In this document: one piece after another, positions 27,139-37,100 of the stretch
Layout: every line of letters starts with the position of its first letter
Numbering within the stretch: position 1 is the stretch's first letter
Source of the DNA: Gaiellaceae bacterium
GTDB taxonomy: Bacteria; Actinomycetota; Thermoleophilia; Gaiellales; Gaiellaceae
Assembly (NCBI GenBank): GCA_049288455.1
Contig: JBAQHS010000298.1
Location: 1-62,154, forward strand
Reading direction: 5' to 3'
Length of the DNA: 62,154 nucleotides
The notes under the pieces: generated by a model
The model's database searches: none
What the model was told of the DNA's origin: nothing
Seen by the model: only the letters and a program-made list of their open reading frames with translations
Translations under genes and position numbers: made by a program

Positions 27139-30084
27139 CTCCCGTGTGCGGTCCGATTCGACCGCGTTGCCGAGGCTCTCGAAGAGCTCGAGCGCTCGCT
27201 CGAGGGCCGCGCGCGCGTCCTCGCGGCGTCCCGCGCTGCGTGCAACGTGCGCGACGGCCTTGTACGCAACAGCGTGCATCGAGGGAAAATCGGTGAGCAG
27301 CGCGTAGTGCAGCGCCTCGGCGGCCAGACGCTCCGCCTCGGCAGTCCGGCCCTCGTCGGCTGCAATCGACGCTCGGACGGCGCGCCCGAGGGCGAAGTTC
27401 ACGACGTCCTCCGCTGCGCCGAGCTCCTCGCCGGCGATCGCGACTCTCTCTGCCTCTTCCCGTTCGCCAAGTGCGTACAGGGTCTGACTGATCGTGATCA
27501 TGATTGTCGATCGATAACTCGACTCGCCGAGCGCCTCGAGTGCGCCGTCGACGGCAGTGAGGGTCGCGAGGGCGTCGGCGTGGCGGCCGCGGAGGTTGTC
27601 GATCTCGGCCGGCCAACCCTGCAGGACGACCCGGATGAGGTCGAGGCCGAGGTCGCCGAGCAGCGCGTCGCCCTTCCGGTAAAGCTCCAGTGCCTCATCG
27701 AAGCGACCGTCAAGCCGAAGCAGATGCGCCTCACACATCATCGCCGTCTGTTCCGCCATCACGCCGCCGCGGGCGCGTAGCGGGCCGATGCGCTCGCGAA
27801 TCTCGCCCGGGCTGAACGGCCCAAAGACGAGCGGTCCGAGCATGTACGCCGTTGCGCGTGAGGCGGTGCTGTGCTCGCCGCATTGCCGCGCAAGTTCGAT
27901 CGCGCGCTCGAGAGCTGCGAGCGCGGGTTGGGCACAACTCTTCAGCCATTCCGTCCAGAACACGAGCATCAATGTGCGCACGAGTCCTGCCTCGTCACCG
28001 GCTGCTCCAAAGGCCTCGAGCGCCTTCGCCGTGATTTGCTGCGCCTCGCCGACAGTCCCCGCCGGGTCCGTCGCCATCCGCAACTCGAGGCGCGCGACCG
28101 CGCCGTTCATCTGGACCGCCGGATCCGGGTCGTCTTCGAGCTCGGCGATCAGCAACGAGGCCTCCTCGAAGCTCCCCGCCTCGAGGAGACTCGAGACATG
28201 CTGGAGGATCACGGGCGCGCGGCCGGGGTCGCGGGGCGGGAGCAAGGCGAGTGCCCGGCTGAGCAAGTTTCGCGCGGCCGGCAGATCGTCGCGGGCCGCC
28301 GCCTTGTCGCCTGCAGCCGCGAGGGGAATCGCAGCCCGCCGTTCGAGCTCGACATCCGGTTGCCCGAGCTCACGCCGGTACCGAGCTGCCTGCTCGAGGT
28401 GGTGGCCGAGGACTTCATCGAGCTCGACGAGCTCCTTGCCGTGCGCCGCGAGCCAGGTTGCGAACCGCTCGTGCAGATCGGCCCGCGTCTCCTTCGGCAG
28501 TGCCTCGTACGCCGCGTCGCGAATCAACAGGTGGCGGAACCGGAATGCGTGGTCACCGACGAACGTCGTGCGCTCAGGGTGGATGAGATCCTTGCGAACG
28601 AGCCCGTCGAGTTGCTCCTCGACATCGCGGCCCGGCGACAGCTCCCGTACAGCGCCCCGATGGAAGATCTGACCTTCAACCGATCCTCGCTCGATCACGT
28701 CGCGCTCGGCCACCCCGAGCTGGTCGAGTCGCGCCTGGAGGAGCGCGTGCACCGAGGAGGGGACGCTCACGTCCCCGTTCTCGCGTGCGAGCGCGATCAT
28801 CTCCTCGACGAACAGCGGATTGCCGTCGGCAGCCTGCAGGATCCGCTTGCGTGTCGCGGTGGCGATCCCGTCGCCGTGTACGTTGATCAACTCCCCGCAT
28901 TCCGCGATCGAAAGGGGCTCGAGCAGGGTCGTCGTGGCATTGAGCTTCCCGCCGCCCCAGCCGGGGCGCAGGTCGAGCAGGTCGGGGCGCGCGAGGCACA
29001 GGAGCAAGATCGGCGCGCCACGCGATAGGTCGGCGATGTGATCGAGCAGGTCGAGGAAGGTCGGTTCGCCCCACTGGATGTCGTCGAACACCACGACGAG
29101 CGGCCGCTCGGCCGCCACAGCTTCGAGTTGTGCGCGAACGTCCCAGAAAAGCTCGTGCTGCGAAAGTCCGCCCGTGGCGATATGCGCCAGTGTGTCCTCC
29201 GCGCGCGCCCCGAGCTGCTTCATGACCGAGATGACCGGCCAGAATGTGATGCCTTCGCCGTAGTCGAGGCACCGGCCCTGGACCACCGTGGCGTCGACGG
29301 TCGCGAGAAATTCCGAGGTCAGTCGCGATTTCCCGACCCCCGCTGGCCCGAGCAGCGTGAAGAGATGGCAGCGGTTCTCGCTGACGGCGCGCTCGAACGC
29401 CTGGGTGATTTGGCGCAGCTCACCCAGGCGCCCGACGAGCGGAGTGTCGAGCTTGCGTGCGATCGCGGCTGCGGCGAGGTCGACGTCGAGCAGCCGGAAC
29501 GCCGTCAGCGGCTGTGGCTTCCCCTTTGCGGTCACCTGTATTTGCTCCGCGGTGACGGCGTCACGCACGAGGCGATGCGTCACCTCTCCCACGAGCACCT
29601 GACCGGTCTCAGCGGCCTGCTCGAAGCGGGCGGCAATGTTCACGGTGTCACCGGTGACGAGCGAGTCCCCTTCGCCTGCGACAACCTCACCGGTGTTGAC
29701 GCCGATCCGGGCGGCCAGGCCGAGGGTCGCCACGGCGCTCCGCATCTCCCACGCTGCGCGAACGGCCCGGAGGGCGTCGTCCTCGCGTGAAACCGGCACG
29801 CCGAACACCGCCATCACGGCGTCGCCGATGAACTTCTCCACGGTGCCGCCGTGGCGCTCGAGGATCGTCCGCATCTCGTCGAAGTAGCCGCGCATCGTCG
29901 TACGCAGTGCCTCCGGGTCGGTGCGGTCGCCGAGTGCCGTCGAGCCGGTGAGGTCGCAGAAGACGATCGTCACGACCTTCCGTACCTCGCGCGGCGCGGT
30001 GGCTGCCGCGGCGGGTGCGCCGCACTCGGGGCAGAACTTGAAGGCCTCGCTGCTCTCGTGGCCGCAGTTGGCGCAGGTGGTCAC
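27121..30084 (-). CDS. Zinc-ribbon / class III adenylate-guanylate cyclase / STAND (AAA) ATPase / TPR multidomain protein
   Basis: 'CANCGHESSEAFKFCPECG'. Cyclase core 'VTIVFCDLTGSTAL', 'KFIGDAVMAVFG' and 'RIGVNTGEVVAG'. P-loop 'LLGPAGVGKSRL'. About 550-aa helical repeat C-terminus. No HTH detected at the C-terminus. Confidence 0.85.
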   Translation of the reverse strand: MTTCANCGHESSEAFKFCPECGAPAAAATAPREVRKVVTIVFCDLTGSTALGDRTDPEALRTTMRGYFDEMRTILERHGGTVEKFIGDAVMAVFGVPVSREDDALRAVRAAWEMRSAVATLGLAARIGVNTGEVVAGEGDSLVTGDTVNIAARFEQAAETGQVLVGEVTHRLVRDAVTAEQIQVTAKGKPQPLTAFRLLDVDLAAAAIARKLDTPLVGRLGELRQITQAFERAVSENRCHLFTLLGPAGVGKSRLTSEFLATVDATVVQGRCLDYGEGITFWPVISVMKQLGARAEDTLAHIATGGLSQHELFWDVRAQLEAVAAERPLVVVFDDIQWGEPTFLDLLDHIADLSRGAPILLLCLARPDLLDLRPGWGGGKLNATTTLLEPLSIAECGELINVHGDGIATATRKRILQAADGNPLFVEEMIALARENGDVSVPSSVHALLQARLDQLGVAERDVIERGSVEGQIFHRGAVRELSPGRDVEEQLDGLVRKDLIHPERTTFVGDHAFRFRHLLIRDAAYEALPKETRADLHERFATWLAAHGKELVELDEVLGHHLEQAARYRRELGQPDVELERRAAIPLAAAGDKAAARDDLPAARNLLSRALALLPPRDPGRAPVILQHVSSLLEAGSFEEASLLIAELEDDPDPAVQMNGAVARLELRMATDPAGTVGEAQQITAKALEAFGAAGDEAGLVRTLMLVFWTEWLKSCAQPALAALERAIELARQCGEHSTASRATAYMLGPLVFGPFSPGEIRERIGPLRARGGVMAEQTAMMCEAHLLRLDGRFDEALELYRKGDALLGDLGLDLIRVVLQGWPAEIDNLRGRHADALATLTAVDGALEALGESSYRSTIMITISQTLYALGEREEAERVAIAGEELGAAEDVVNFALGRAVRASIAADEGRTAEAERLAAEALHYALLTDFPSMHAVAYKAVAHVARSAGRREDARAALERALELFESLGNAVESDRTRELLVQL

Positions 30085-30117
30085 GGGACGAATCTACTGC
30101 GCGACTAGGCTGACTGA

Positions 30118-30876
30118 ATGGATCCGATCCTCGAGCTCGCTGAGAACGCCAACTCCTACACGCCGCTCGGGCCGCAGGACGAACGGGATTTCACCGAGCG
30201 ATACGTGCTCTGGATGGGGAGGGGCGACGAGCCGGGCTGGAACGTCGCGCAGCGGTTCCGCTTCCGAGCCGACGAGGTCGAGAGCGTGCGTGAGGAGATC
30301 CACGCACGCTTGCGCGCTAAGGGCCGCACCGGTTGCACGTGGGAGGTCGGAACACACGCAACGCCCGGTGATCTCGTCGACCGGCTACTCGCGCTCGGCC
30401 TCGTCGACGACGAGCCGACCCCCCTTGCGGTCGGCATGGTGCTGACCGCTGCGCCTGCGCAGCCCGCGCCCGGCGTCGAGGTTCGCCGAGCGGAGTCGTA
30501 TGAGGAGCACCTCGCCGCCTCCCGGATCGCCGCGATCGCGTTCGGCGGCCCTGTTCCCACCGAGATCGCGCCTCCCGTGAATGACCCGAACAACTCCGTG
30601 TACCTCGCCTATGTCGACGGTGAGCCCGTCGCACGTGGCTCGGCGTCGTTCTCGGAGCGTGGTGTGACGCTCTTCGGGGGCTCGACGCTGCCCGAGGCGC
30701 GCGGTCGCGGCGCCTATCGCGCACTCGTCGCCGCTCGCTGGGAGGACGCCGTCGCGCGCGGCACGCCCGTGCTCGTCACCCAGGCCTCACCGATGTCGCG
30801 GCCGATCCTCGCGCAGCTTGGCTTTCGGGAGGTCTGCGAGATCAGGATCCTGCTCGACGCCTTTGCTAACGCCTAG
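30118..30876 (+). CDS. GNAT-family N-acetyltransferase
   Basis: C-terminal half carries the acetyl-CoA loop 'PEARGRGAYRALVAARWEDAVARG'. 252 aa. Diverges from the cyclase gene with only 33 nt between starts. Confidence 0.7.
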   Translation: MDPILELAENANSYTPLGPQDERDFTERYVLWMGRGDEPGWNVAQRFRFRADEVESVREEIHARLRAKGRTGCTWEVGTHATPGDLVDRLLALGLVDDEPTPLAVGMVLTAAPAQPAPGVEVRRAESYEEHLAASRIAAIAFGGPVPTEIAPPVNDPNNSVYLAYVDGEPVARGSASFSERGVTLFGGSTLPEARGRGAYRALVAARWEDAVARGTPVLVTQASPMSRPILAQLGFREVCEIRILLDAFANA

Positions 30877-31238
30877 CCGGCGACGGCGAACCCGTCGCGG
30901 GCGACCAGGATCGCGCCGTGCGCGTTCGAGCAGAGGATTGTCGTGCCGTGCAGGCGACACGAGATCGCGCCGTGCCGGAACTGGTGCAGCACCGGCGTCG
31001 AGGCGTCCCACCACGGGAGCTCGCGCGTGCCGACGGGGGTGCTGTTCGCGCCCAGCCGAACCGATCCGGCCGACTCGAGGCTCGAGCAGACGAGAGCTTC
31101 CGTTTCGAGCCGACAGGCCGCGCCGGCGTCGGGCGTGCGGAACTCCGTGTCGGCTCTGGCGGCGCCGGCGCGCGCGATCAGCGCGACCCCGAACGAGACC
31201 GTCAGCACGGCGGTGAGGAGCAAGAACAGGCGGCGCAT
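30873..31238 (-). CDS. Hypothetical secreted protein (4 Cys)
   Basis: Signal peptide 'MRRLFLLLTAVLTVSFGVALIARAGAARA'. High GC3. Shares a palindromic CTAG stop with the convergent GNAT gene. Confidence 0.55.
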   Translation of the reverse strand: MRRLFLLLTAVLTVSFGVALIARAGAARADTEFRTPDAGAACRLETEALVCSSLESAGSVRLGANSTPVGTRELPWWDASTPVLHQFRHGAISCRLHGTTILCSNAHGAILVARDGFAVAG

Positions 31239-31274
31239 CGATCAGTCAACGCGCGGACGGGCAGAATAGTTCCG

Positions 31275-31730
31275 GTGAGGGTCTCCGCAAAAGCCGACTA
31301 CGCGATTCGGGCAGCGCTCGAGCTTGCCGCCGCAGGCGAGGGCCCGGTGAAGGGCGAGCGGATCGCGCAGGCGCAGGAGATCCCGCCGAACTTTCTCGAG
31401 AACATCCTCGGCGACCTTCGCAACGCAGGTCTCGTTGCGAGCCGTCGTGGGGCAGAGGGCGGCTACTGGCTCGCGCGGCCCGCCGAGGAGATCTCAGTCG
31501 CCGACGTGATCCGCGCCGTCGACGGGCCGCTCGCGAACGTGCGGGGCGTTCGCTCGGAGCAGGTTGTCTACACCGGCAGTGCCGAGCGGCTGCGGGACGT
31601 CTGGGTCGCAGTCCGGGCGAGCCTCCGCAGCGTCCTCGAGCAGGTGACGCTCGCCGACCTCGCGCGCGGTGAGTTGCCGCCGGAGGTCGCGGCGCTCGCC
31701 GCCGACCCGGACGCCTGGCAGCCCCACTGA
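31275..31730 (+). CDS. Rrf2-family transcriptional regulator
   Basis: Start GTG 31275 inside ORF-track frame 30918..31730. 'SAKADYAIRAALELA', 'IPPNFLENILGDLRNAGLVASRRGAEGGYWLARP' winged-HTH. No C-terminal Cys cluster seen. Confidence 0.85.
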   Translation: MRVSAKADYAIRAALELAAAGEGPVKGERIAQAQEIPPNFLENILGDLRNAGLVASRRGAEGGYWLARPAEEISVADVIRAVDGPLANVRGVRSEQVVYTGSAERLRDVWVAVRASLRSVLEQVTLADLARGELPPEVAALAADPDAWQPH

Positions 31731-31753
31731 CCTGAGCCGTGTTCCGGCTCAGG
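31731..31753. terminator. Bidirectional terminator-like hairpin between convergent Rrf2 and cysA genes
   Basis: Perfect 9-bp stem cctgagccg / cggctcagg with a 5-nt loop. The right arm overlaps the cysA stop codon. Confidence 0.5.
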
Positions 31754-32705
31754 TCGCGAAGGTGGTCTCGCGCGTCGGCCGCACGTAGACGATCTGACCG
31801 TGCTCAAGCTCGAGATGCTCCGCCTGGTCACGCGTCAGCTGCACCGCGATCGGCTGGCCGTCGTCGCGCGTCAGCTCGGCGCGAACCTCGAAGCCGAGAT
31901 GAACGATCCGCTCGACCATCGCCTCGCGCGTTGAGCCGTTCGGCTCGAGAACGAGCTCGAGGTCGTGCGGGCGCACCCACGAATCGCCGAAGTGATTCGC
32001 CTGGCCGACGAACGACATCACGAACTCGTTCGCCGGTGCGTCGTACAGCTCGCGCGGCCCGGCGACCTGCTCGACGCGGCCGCAGTTCATGACGACGACC
32101 CGGTCGGCCACTTCCATCGCCTCCTCCTGGTCGTGCGTCACGAACACCGTGGTCGTGTGCGTCTCCTCGTGCAGGCGCCGCAGCCAGACCCGCAGCTCGG
32201 CTCGCACACGTGCGTCGAGAGCGCCGAACGGCTCGTCGAGCAGCAGCACCTTCGGCTCGGGCGCGAGCGCGCGGGCGAGCGCCATGCGCTGCCGCTGCCC
32301 GCCGGAAAGCTGAGCGGGGTAGCGGTTGCCGAAGCCGGTGAGCTGCACGAGCTCGAGCAGCTCGGACACGCGAGCGCGGATCTCGTCTTTCGGCCGCTTG
32401 CGCACGGCGAGGCCGAAGGCGATGTTCTGACGCACCGTCATGTGCTTGAACGCGGCGTAGTGCTGGAACACGAAGCCGACTCCGCGCTTCTGCGGCGTCA
32501 ATTCGGTCGCGTCCTTGCCCGCGAGGCGAATCTCGCCGGTGTCGGGCCACTCAAGCCCCGCGACGATGCGCAGCAGCGTCGACTTGCCGGAGCCCGACGG
32601 CCCGAGCAGGGCTGTCAGCGAGCCGCCGTCGACCTCGAGCGACACGTCGTCGACTGCCTGGAAGGTTCCGAATCGCTTCGACACGTTGCGGATCTCGATC
32701 GACAT
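31749..32705 (-). CDS. cysA: Sulfate/thiosulfate ABC transporter ATP-binding protein
   Basis: '[18 protein letters not shown]', '[15 protein letters not shown]', '[15 protein letters not shown]', '[11 protein letters not shown]' plus the C-terminal regulatory (TOBE-like) domain. Operon with cysW/cysT/sbp. Confidence 0.88.
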   Translation of the reverse strand: MSIEIRNVSKRFGTFQAVDDVSLEVDGGSLTALLGPSGSGKSTLLRIVAGLEWPDTGEIRLAGKDATELTPQKRGVGFVFQHYAAFKHMTVRQNIAFGLAVRKRPKDEIRARVSELLELVQLTGFGNRYPAQLSGGQRQRMALARALAPEPKVLLLDEPFGALDARVRAELRVWLRRLHEETHTTTVFVTHDQEEAMEVADRVVVMNCGRVEQVAGPRELYDAPANEFVMSFVGQANHFGDSWVRPHDLELVLEPNGSTREAMVERIVHLGFEVRAELTRDDGQPIAVQLTRDQAEHLELEHGQIVYVRPTRETTFAT

Positions 32706-33499
32706 CAGCGCGCCTCCTCTTTGGGCTTCAGCAGCGTCATGGTCAGGAGAACGACCACGGACAGGGCCGCGAGCACGAGCGCGATTCCGTACGCGCCCGA
32801 CTGGTTGTAGTTGTCATATGCGTCCTGCACGCGCAGGGTCGCCGTCTCGGTCTGGCCCTCGATGTGCCCAGAGACGACCGCGACGGCGCCGTACTCGCCG
32901 AGGCAGCGGGCTGTCGTGAGCACGACGCCGTAGATGACCGCCCAGCGGATCGACGGCAGCGTGATCCGCCAGAACGTCTGCCAGCCGGTCGCACCGAGGG
33001 TGCGCGCGGCCTGCTCCTGCTCGTCGCCGATCTCGCGGAGCGTCGGCACGACCTCGCGCGCGACGAACGGGAGCGACACGAAGATGGTGGCGATCACCAT
33101 CGACGGCAGCGCGAACAGGATCTGCGTCCCGTGGCTCGCGAACCAGGCGCCGAACCAGCCGGTGCGGCCATAGAGCAGGAAGAGTGAGAGCCCGACGACG
33201 ACCGGGGAGATCGCAAGCGGCAGGTCGACGATCGCGTTGACGATGCCGGCGCCGGGGAACCTGCGGCGGACGATCGCCAGTGCGCACATGATCCCGAAGA
33301 CCGTGTTCAGCGGAACCGCGATCAACGTGATGATCAGCGTCAGCTTGAACGCGTGCACCGTGTTCGGGTCCGAGAGGGTCGTCCAGATGTGCCCGGCGCC
33401 GCCTTCGAAGGCGCGCCAGAACACCATCGAGAGCGGGCCGACCAGCACGAGTAGCAGGTAGCCCAGCGCGACGAAACGGAGGGTGTATTTCCTACGCAC
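32705..33499 (-). CDS. cysW: Sulfate ABC transporter permease CysW
   Basis: 264 aa. '[15 protein letters not shown]' EAA-type loop and six TM segments. Start overlaps the cysT end. Confidence 0.85.
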   Translation of the reverse strand: MRRKYTLRFVALGYLLLVLVGPLSMVFWRAFEGGAGHIWTTLSDPNTVHAFKLTLIITLIAVPLNTVFGIMCALAIVRRRFPGAGIVNAIVDLPLAISPVVVGLSLFLLYGRTGWFGAWFASHGTQILFALPSMVIATIFVSLPFVAREVVPTLREIGDEQEQAARTLGATGWQTFWRITLPSIRWAVIYGVVLTTARCLGEYGAVAVVSGHIEGQTETATLRVQDAYDNYNQSGAYGIALVLAALSVVVLLTMTLLKPKEEAR

Positions 33500-34337
33500 G
33501 CTCGTGCCTCGTCGCGAGGAAGCGCAGGCCGCCGATCGAGAGCAGCAGCGCGAACGAGATGGCGAGCATCACGACCGCCACGGCTGCGGCACCGGCTTGG
33601 TCGCCGCCCTGGATGTGGAGGAAGACGAAGACCGACGCGACCTCGGTCTTGAACGGCTGGTTGCCTGCGACCAGCACGAGCGCGCCGATCTCTCCCACTG
33701 CACGCGCGAACGCGAGCGCGACGCCGGAGAGGATGCCGGGGAGGATGTTCGGGAGCACGACGCTGCGAAAGATGCGCAGCTCGCCGGCGCCGAGCGAGCG
33801 GGCTGCCTCTTCGGCCTCGAGGTCGAGCTCGAGCAGAACCGGCTGCACCGTACGCACGACGAACGGCAGCGTGACGAAGAGCAGCGCGAGCACGATCGCC
33901 GTTCTTGTGAACGCGACGTTGACGCCGACGGGTGACCTCGGCCCGTACAGCGCGAGGAGCGTCAGGCCGGCGACGATCGTCGGCAGCGCAAACGGCAGGT
34001 CGATGAGCGAGTTGACGGCGTGCTTGCCTCGGAACTCGTCGCGCACGAGCACCCACGCGGTGATCGTCCCGAGCACCGCATTCACGAACGAGACGATCAC
34101 GGCCGTCCCAAGGCTGAGCTTGAGTGCTGCGACCGCCTCCGGCGAGCTCGCGACCGACCAGAACTGCTGCAGACCGTCCTTCCGCGAGGCCCAGATGAGG
34201 GCTGCGATGGGGAGGACGACCATCGCCGAGAGAAACGCGGTCGTAAAGCCCAGCGAGAGGGCCGCAGCAGCGGCCCCCTCACCTGGATGACGTCGTGATC
34301 GGCGCTGGAGCGGCGCCGGGAAGGCGGTGCTAGCCAG
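33492..34337 (-). CDS. cysT: Sulfate ABC transporter permease CysT (start codon unresolved)
   Basis: 'LSLGFTTAFLSAMVVLPIAAL...SPEAVAALKLSLG...LIDLPFALPTIVAGLTL' is co-linear with E. coli CysT from its residue about 10. There is no ATG/GTG/TTG between the sbp stop (34330) and this conserved N-terminus. The 5' limit given is CTG 34337; see findings. Confidence 0.75.
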   Translation of the reverse strand: MASTAFPAPLQRRSRRHPGEGAAAAALSLGFTTAFLSAMVVLPIAALIWASRKDGLQQFWSVASSPEAVAALKLSLGTAVIVSFVNAVLGTITAWVLVRDEFRGKHAVNSLIDLPFALPTIVAGLTLLALYGPRSPVGVNVAFTRTAIVLALLFVTLPFVVRTVQPVLLELDLEAEEAARSLGAGELRIFRSVVLPNILPGILSGVALAFARAVGEIGALVLVAGNQPFKTEVASVFVFLHIQGGDQAGAAAVAVVMLAISFALLLSIGGLRFLATRHERA

Positions 34338-35343
34338 TCGTCGGCCCTCCGACGGCTTGCTCGATCTTCGCCATTCGGCCGGTGTTCGGCTTGAACCACA
34401 CCTTGTCGGCGTTGCGCCAGCCGCCGATGATCTTGTCATCGACCTTGAAGATCCCGGGACGCGAGGGGAACTTGTCTGCGACCAGCTTCGCGATCTTCGG
34501 GTTGACAGGCCTGAACCCGTACTGCGCGAAGAGGGTCTGAGCGGCGTCACCCTTGACGAAGCGAATGAAGCGGTTGGCGACATCCTTCGACGAGCTCGAC
34601 TTGGTGACCGCGATCGGCAGTTCGATCAGCATCGACTGGCGCGGGATCACGTACTGGATGTCCTGGCCGTTCAGCCGCGCGTTCAGAGCTTCGCTCTCGT
34701 AGGTGATCAGGACGTCGCCCTTGCCCGCGAGGAATGTGTTCGTTGCGTTGCGACCCGACGTGTCCTGCGAGACGACGTGCTTGAAGAGTTGCTGCACATA
34801 GGCAGTCGCCTGCTTGTCCGTCTTGCCGAGTCGACGCTCGGCGCCGTAGGCGGCGAGGATGTTCCACTTCGCCGAGCCTGAGCTGAACGGGTTCGGCGTG
34901 ATCACCTGCACGCCCGGCTTCGTCAGGTCGGCCCAACCCTTGATGTGCTTGGGATTGCCGTTCCGGACGGCGAAGACGACGACCGTGTCGGCGCCGATAC
35001 CGCCGTAGCTCTGGTGGTTCCAGTTCGAGTCGACGAGCCCCGCGTCGACGAGCAGGTTCATGTCGTCGCCGGTCGACAGGAAGAGGATGTCGGCCTTCAG
35101 GCCGTTCGCAACGGCGCGTGCCTGGTCGGTCGACGCGCCGTAGGACTGGCTGAACGACGCATCCTTGCCGTCCGGCGTCTGCTGCCAGGCCTGGATGATC
35201 TTGCCCATCACCGCTTTCGGGGTGGAGTAGCCGACGAGTGAGAGGTTCGTCCCGCTCACGGCACCGGCGGCGGTCGCGGCGAGCGCGAGCGCCGCTGCCG
35301 CCGCGGCGAGGGGTGCTGCTTTGTGTGCTTTGTTCATTGGCAT
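34330..35343 (-). CDS. Sulfate ABC transporter substrate-binding protein
   Basis: Start ATG 35343 (MPMNKAHK, signal peptide). 'VVFAVRNGNPKHIKGWADLTKPGVQVITPNPFSSGSAKWNILAAYGA' is co-linear with E. coli Sbp/CysP. Confidence 0.88.
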   Translation of the reverse strand: MPMNKAHKAAPLAAAAAALALAATAAGAVSGTNLSLVGYSTPKAVMGKIIQAWQQTPDGKDASFSQSYGASTDQARAVANGLKADILFLSTGDDMNLLVDAGLVDSNWNHQSYGGIGADTVVVFAVRNGNPKHIKGWADLTKPGVQVITPNPFSSGSAKWNILAAYGAERRLGKTDKQATAYVQQLFKHVVSQDTSGRNATNTFLAGKGDVLITYESEALNARLNGQDIQYVIPRQSMLIELPIAVTKSSSSKDVANRFIRFVKGDAAQTLFAQYGFRPVNPKIAKLVADKFPSRPGIFKVDDKIIGGWRNADKVWFKPNTGRMAKIEQAVGGPTTG

Positions 35344-35437
35344 GGTGCACAAATACCATAATGAAACGTGATGCGTCAAATAAGCGCTGATGCGAGGTGG
35401 CAGGTTTCACGGCCGCCGCCGGAGAAAGGGAGCACCG

Positions 35438-36313
35438 ATGAGATTCCGGCCTGGAGCGCGCCTCGACCCGTCACAGGTGCAGGACCGGCGCGGGGGTGGC
35501 GGCGGCTTCGGCGGAGGGCCGATCGTGCTCGGCGGAGGCGGCCTCAGCGTTGTCGGGATCATCGTCTACGTGCTCTTCGCCCTGCTCGGAGGCGGCTCCG
35601 GTGGGACATACGGAAGCCTCGACGGCCAGACCGCGGGTCAGGCGCAACAGTCACTCGCCGGCTGCCGAACGGGCGCCGACGCAAACGCGCGCCAGGACTG
35701 CCGGATCGTCGGCGACGTGAACAGCGTCCAGGCCTACTGGCGCGGCTGGTTTCGCTCGCACGGCAAGACCTACACGCCCGCAGAGACGGTGTTCTTCACG
35801 GGCTCCACCGGCACTGGTTGCGGCACCGCCTCGACCGATGTCGGGCCGTTCTTCTGCCCGGCAGACAAGAACGTCTACATCGACCTCGGCTTCTACCAGG
35901 AGCTGCACGACCGCTTCGGCGCCCGTGGCGGCCCGTTCGCGGAGGCGTACGTGATCGCCCACGAGTACGGCCATCACGCGCAGGACGAGCTCGGTGACCT
36001 GAAGACCGGCGGGGCGCCGGGCGCGCAGGGGCGATCGGTGCGCACCGAGCTCCAGGCCGACTGCTACGCCGGGGTGTGGGCGCGTCACGCGGTCGCCACG
36101 GGCTACATCGTCGACCTGACGAAGACCGACATCACCGACGGGCTCGACGCGGCGGCTTCCGTCGGCGATGACCGAATCCAGTCACGAACGCAGGGCCAGG
36201 TGAATCCGGAGACCTGGACGCACGGCTCCTCCGCACAGCGGCAGAAGTGGTTCCTGCGCGGCTATCAGCGGGGCGAGCCGACGGGCTGCACCACCTTCAC
36301 CGGGACCGTCTGA
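35438..36313 (+). CDS. Neutral zinc metallopeptidase (YpfJ-like) with N-terminal TM
   Basis: ATG 35438 follows GGAGAAAGGGA. '[19 protein letters not shown]', Gly-rich linker plus TM, zinc motif '[10 protein letters not shown]'. Confidence 0.8.
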   Translation: MRFRPGARLDPSQVQDRRGGGGGFGGGPIVLGGGGLSVVGIIVYVLFALLGGGSGGTYGSLDGQTAGQAQQSLAGCRTGADANARQDCRIVGDVNSVQAYWRGWFRSHGKTYTPAETVFFTGSTGTGCGTASTDVGPFFCPADKNVYIDLGFYQELHDRFGARGGPFAEAYVIAHEYGHHAQDELGDLKTGGAPGAQGRSVRTELQADCYAGVWARHAVATGYIVDLTKTDITDGLDAAASVGDDRIQSRTQGQVNPETWTHGSSAQRQKWFLRGYQRGEPTGCTTFTGTV

Positions 36314-36326
36314 CCGCGAGGTCGTA

Positions 36327-37100
36327 CTAGGCGCCGACGCGCTCGGCCGCGCGCAGGCCGCGCAGCGCCCAGATGCCGAAGAAGGCAAGCAGCCCCGCGG
36401 CGACGGCGAACGCGGCCCCGACCTGCGTCGGCTCACCCTCGATGAAGCCGCGGCCCGACTCGAGGATGAACGTCAGTGGATTCAGGCGCGCGACCGCATG
36501 GATCCAACCGCTCAGCAGGTGCAACGGCACGTACACCGGCGCGAGGAAGAGCGCCATGAAGACCGGCGTCTGCATCAGCGGGCCGGCCTGGATCGAGCGG
36601 AATCGCATTGCGACGCCGCACGCCCAGAGAAGCCCGATCTGGTTCACGAAGACGGCGAGCACGATCAACCCGAACAGGTCGACGCCGTTTCCGCCCACCT
36701 GCATCCCGGCAACGAGCGCGACGATCGTGAGGACCACGACGATCATCAGCCACCGGACGAGCGCGGCGATCGCGTAGCCGAGGATGATGCCCCCGCGATA
36801 GGGAGCCGCGACAAGGAGCCGACGGGCGAATCCGCGCTCGAAGTCGCGCGCGATGCCGAAGCCGGCGAACACACCGCCGAAGACGGCCGATTGGAGCAAC
36901 ACGAACACGAACTGGAATGCGGTGTAGCCGCCGTGGAAGTCGAAGCCGGGTACATGCCGCAGACGCGAGAGGCCACCGGCGAACGCCAGGAAGTTCATCA
37001 GCGGGAACAGCATCGGCGGCAGGAAGAGCGACGGGTTCTTGAAGAGAATCGTCAGTTGGCGATACGCCAGCGCGAGCGCGACATCGAGGCGGCCCTTCAT
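36327..37100 (-). CDS. ABC-2-type transporter permease (DrrB-like), second copy
   Basis: Start ATG 37100 (MKGRLDVALALAYRQLTILFKNPS), ATGA overlap with the upstream permease. Six TM segments. Confidence 0.8.
   Translation of the reverse strand: MKGRLDVALALAYRQLTILFKNPSLFLPPMLFPLMNFLAFAGGLSRLRHVPGFDFHGGYTAFQFVFVLLQSAVFGGVFAGFGIARDFERGFARRLLVAAPYRGGIILGYAIAALVRWLMIVVVLTIVALVAGMQVGGNGVDLFGLIVLAVFVNQIGLLWACGVAMRFRSIQAGPLMQTPVFMALFLAPVYVPLHLLSGWIHAVARLNPLTFILESGRGFIEGEPTQVGAAFAVAAGLLAFFGIWALRGLRAAERVGA

Noticed and set aside
30873-30876. A shared palindromic CTAG serves as the stop codon for both convergent genes (the GNAT and the secreted protein).
   Set aside because: This is a curiosity of tight packing with no functional implication that I can support.
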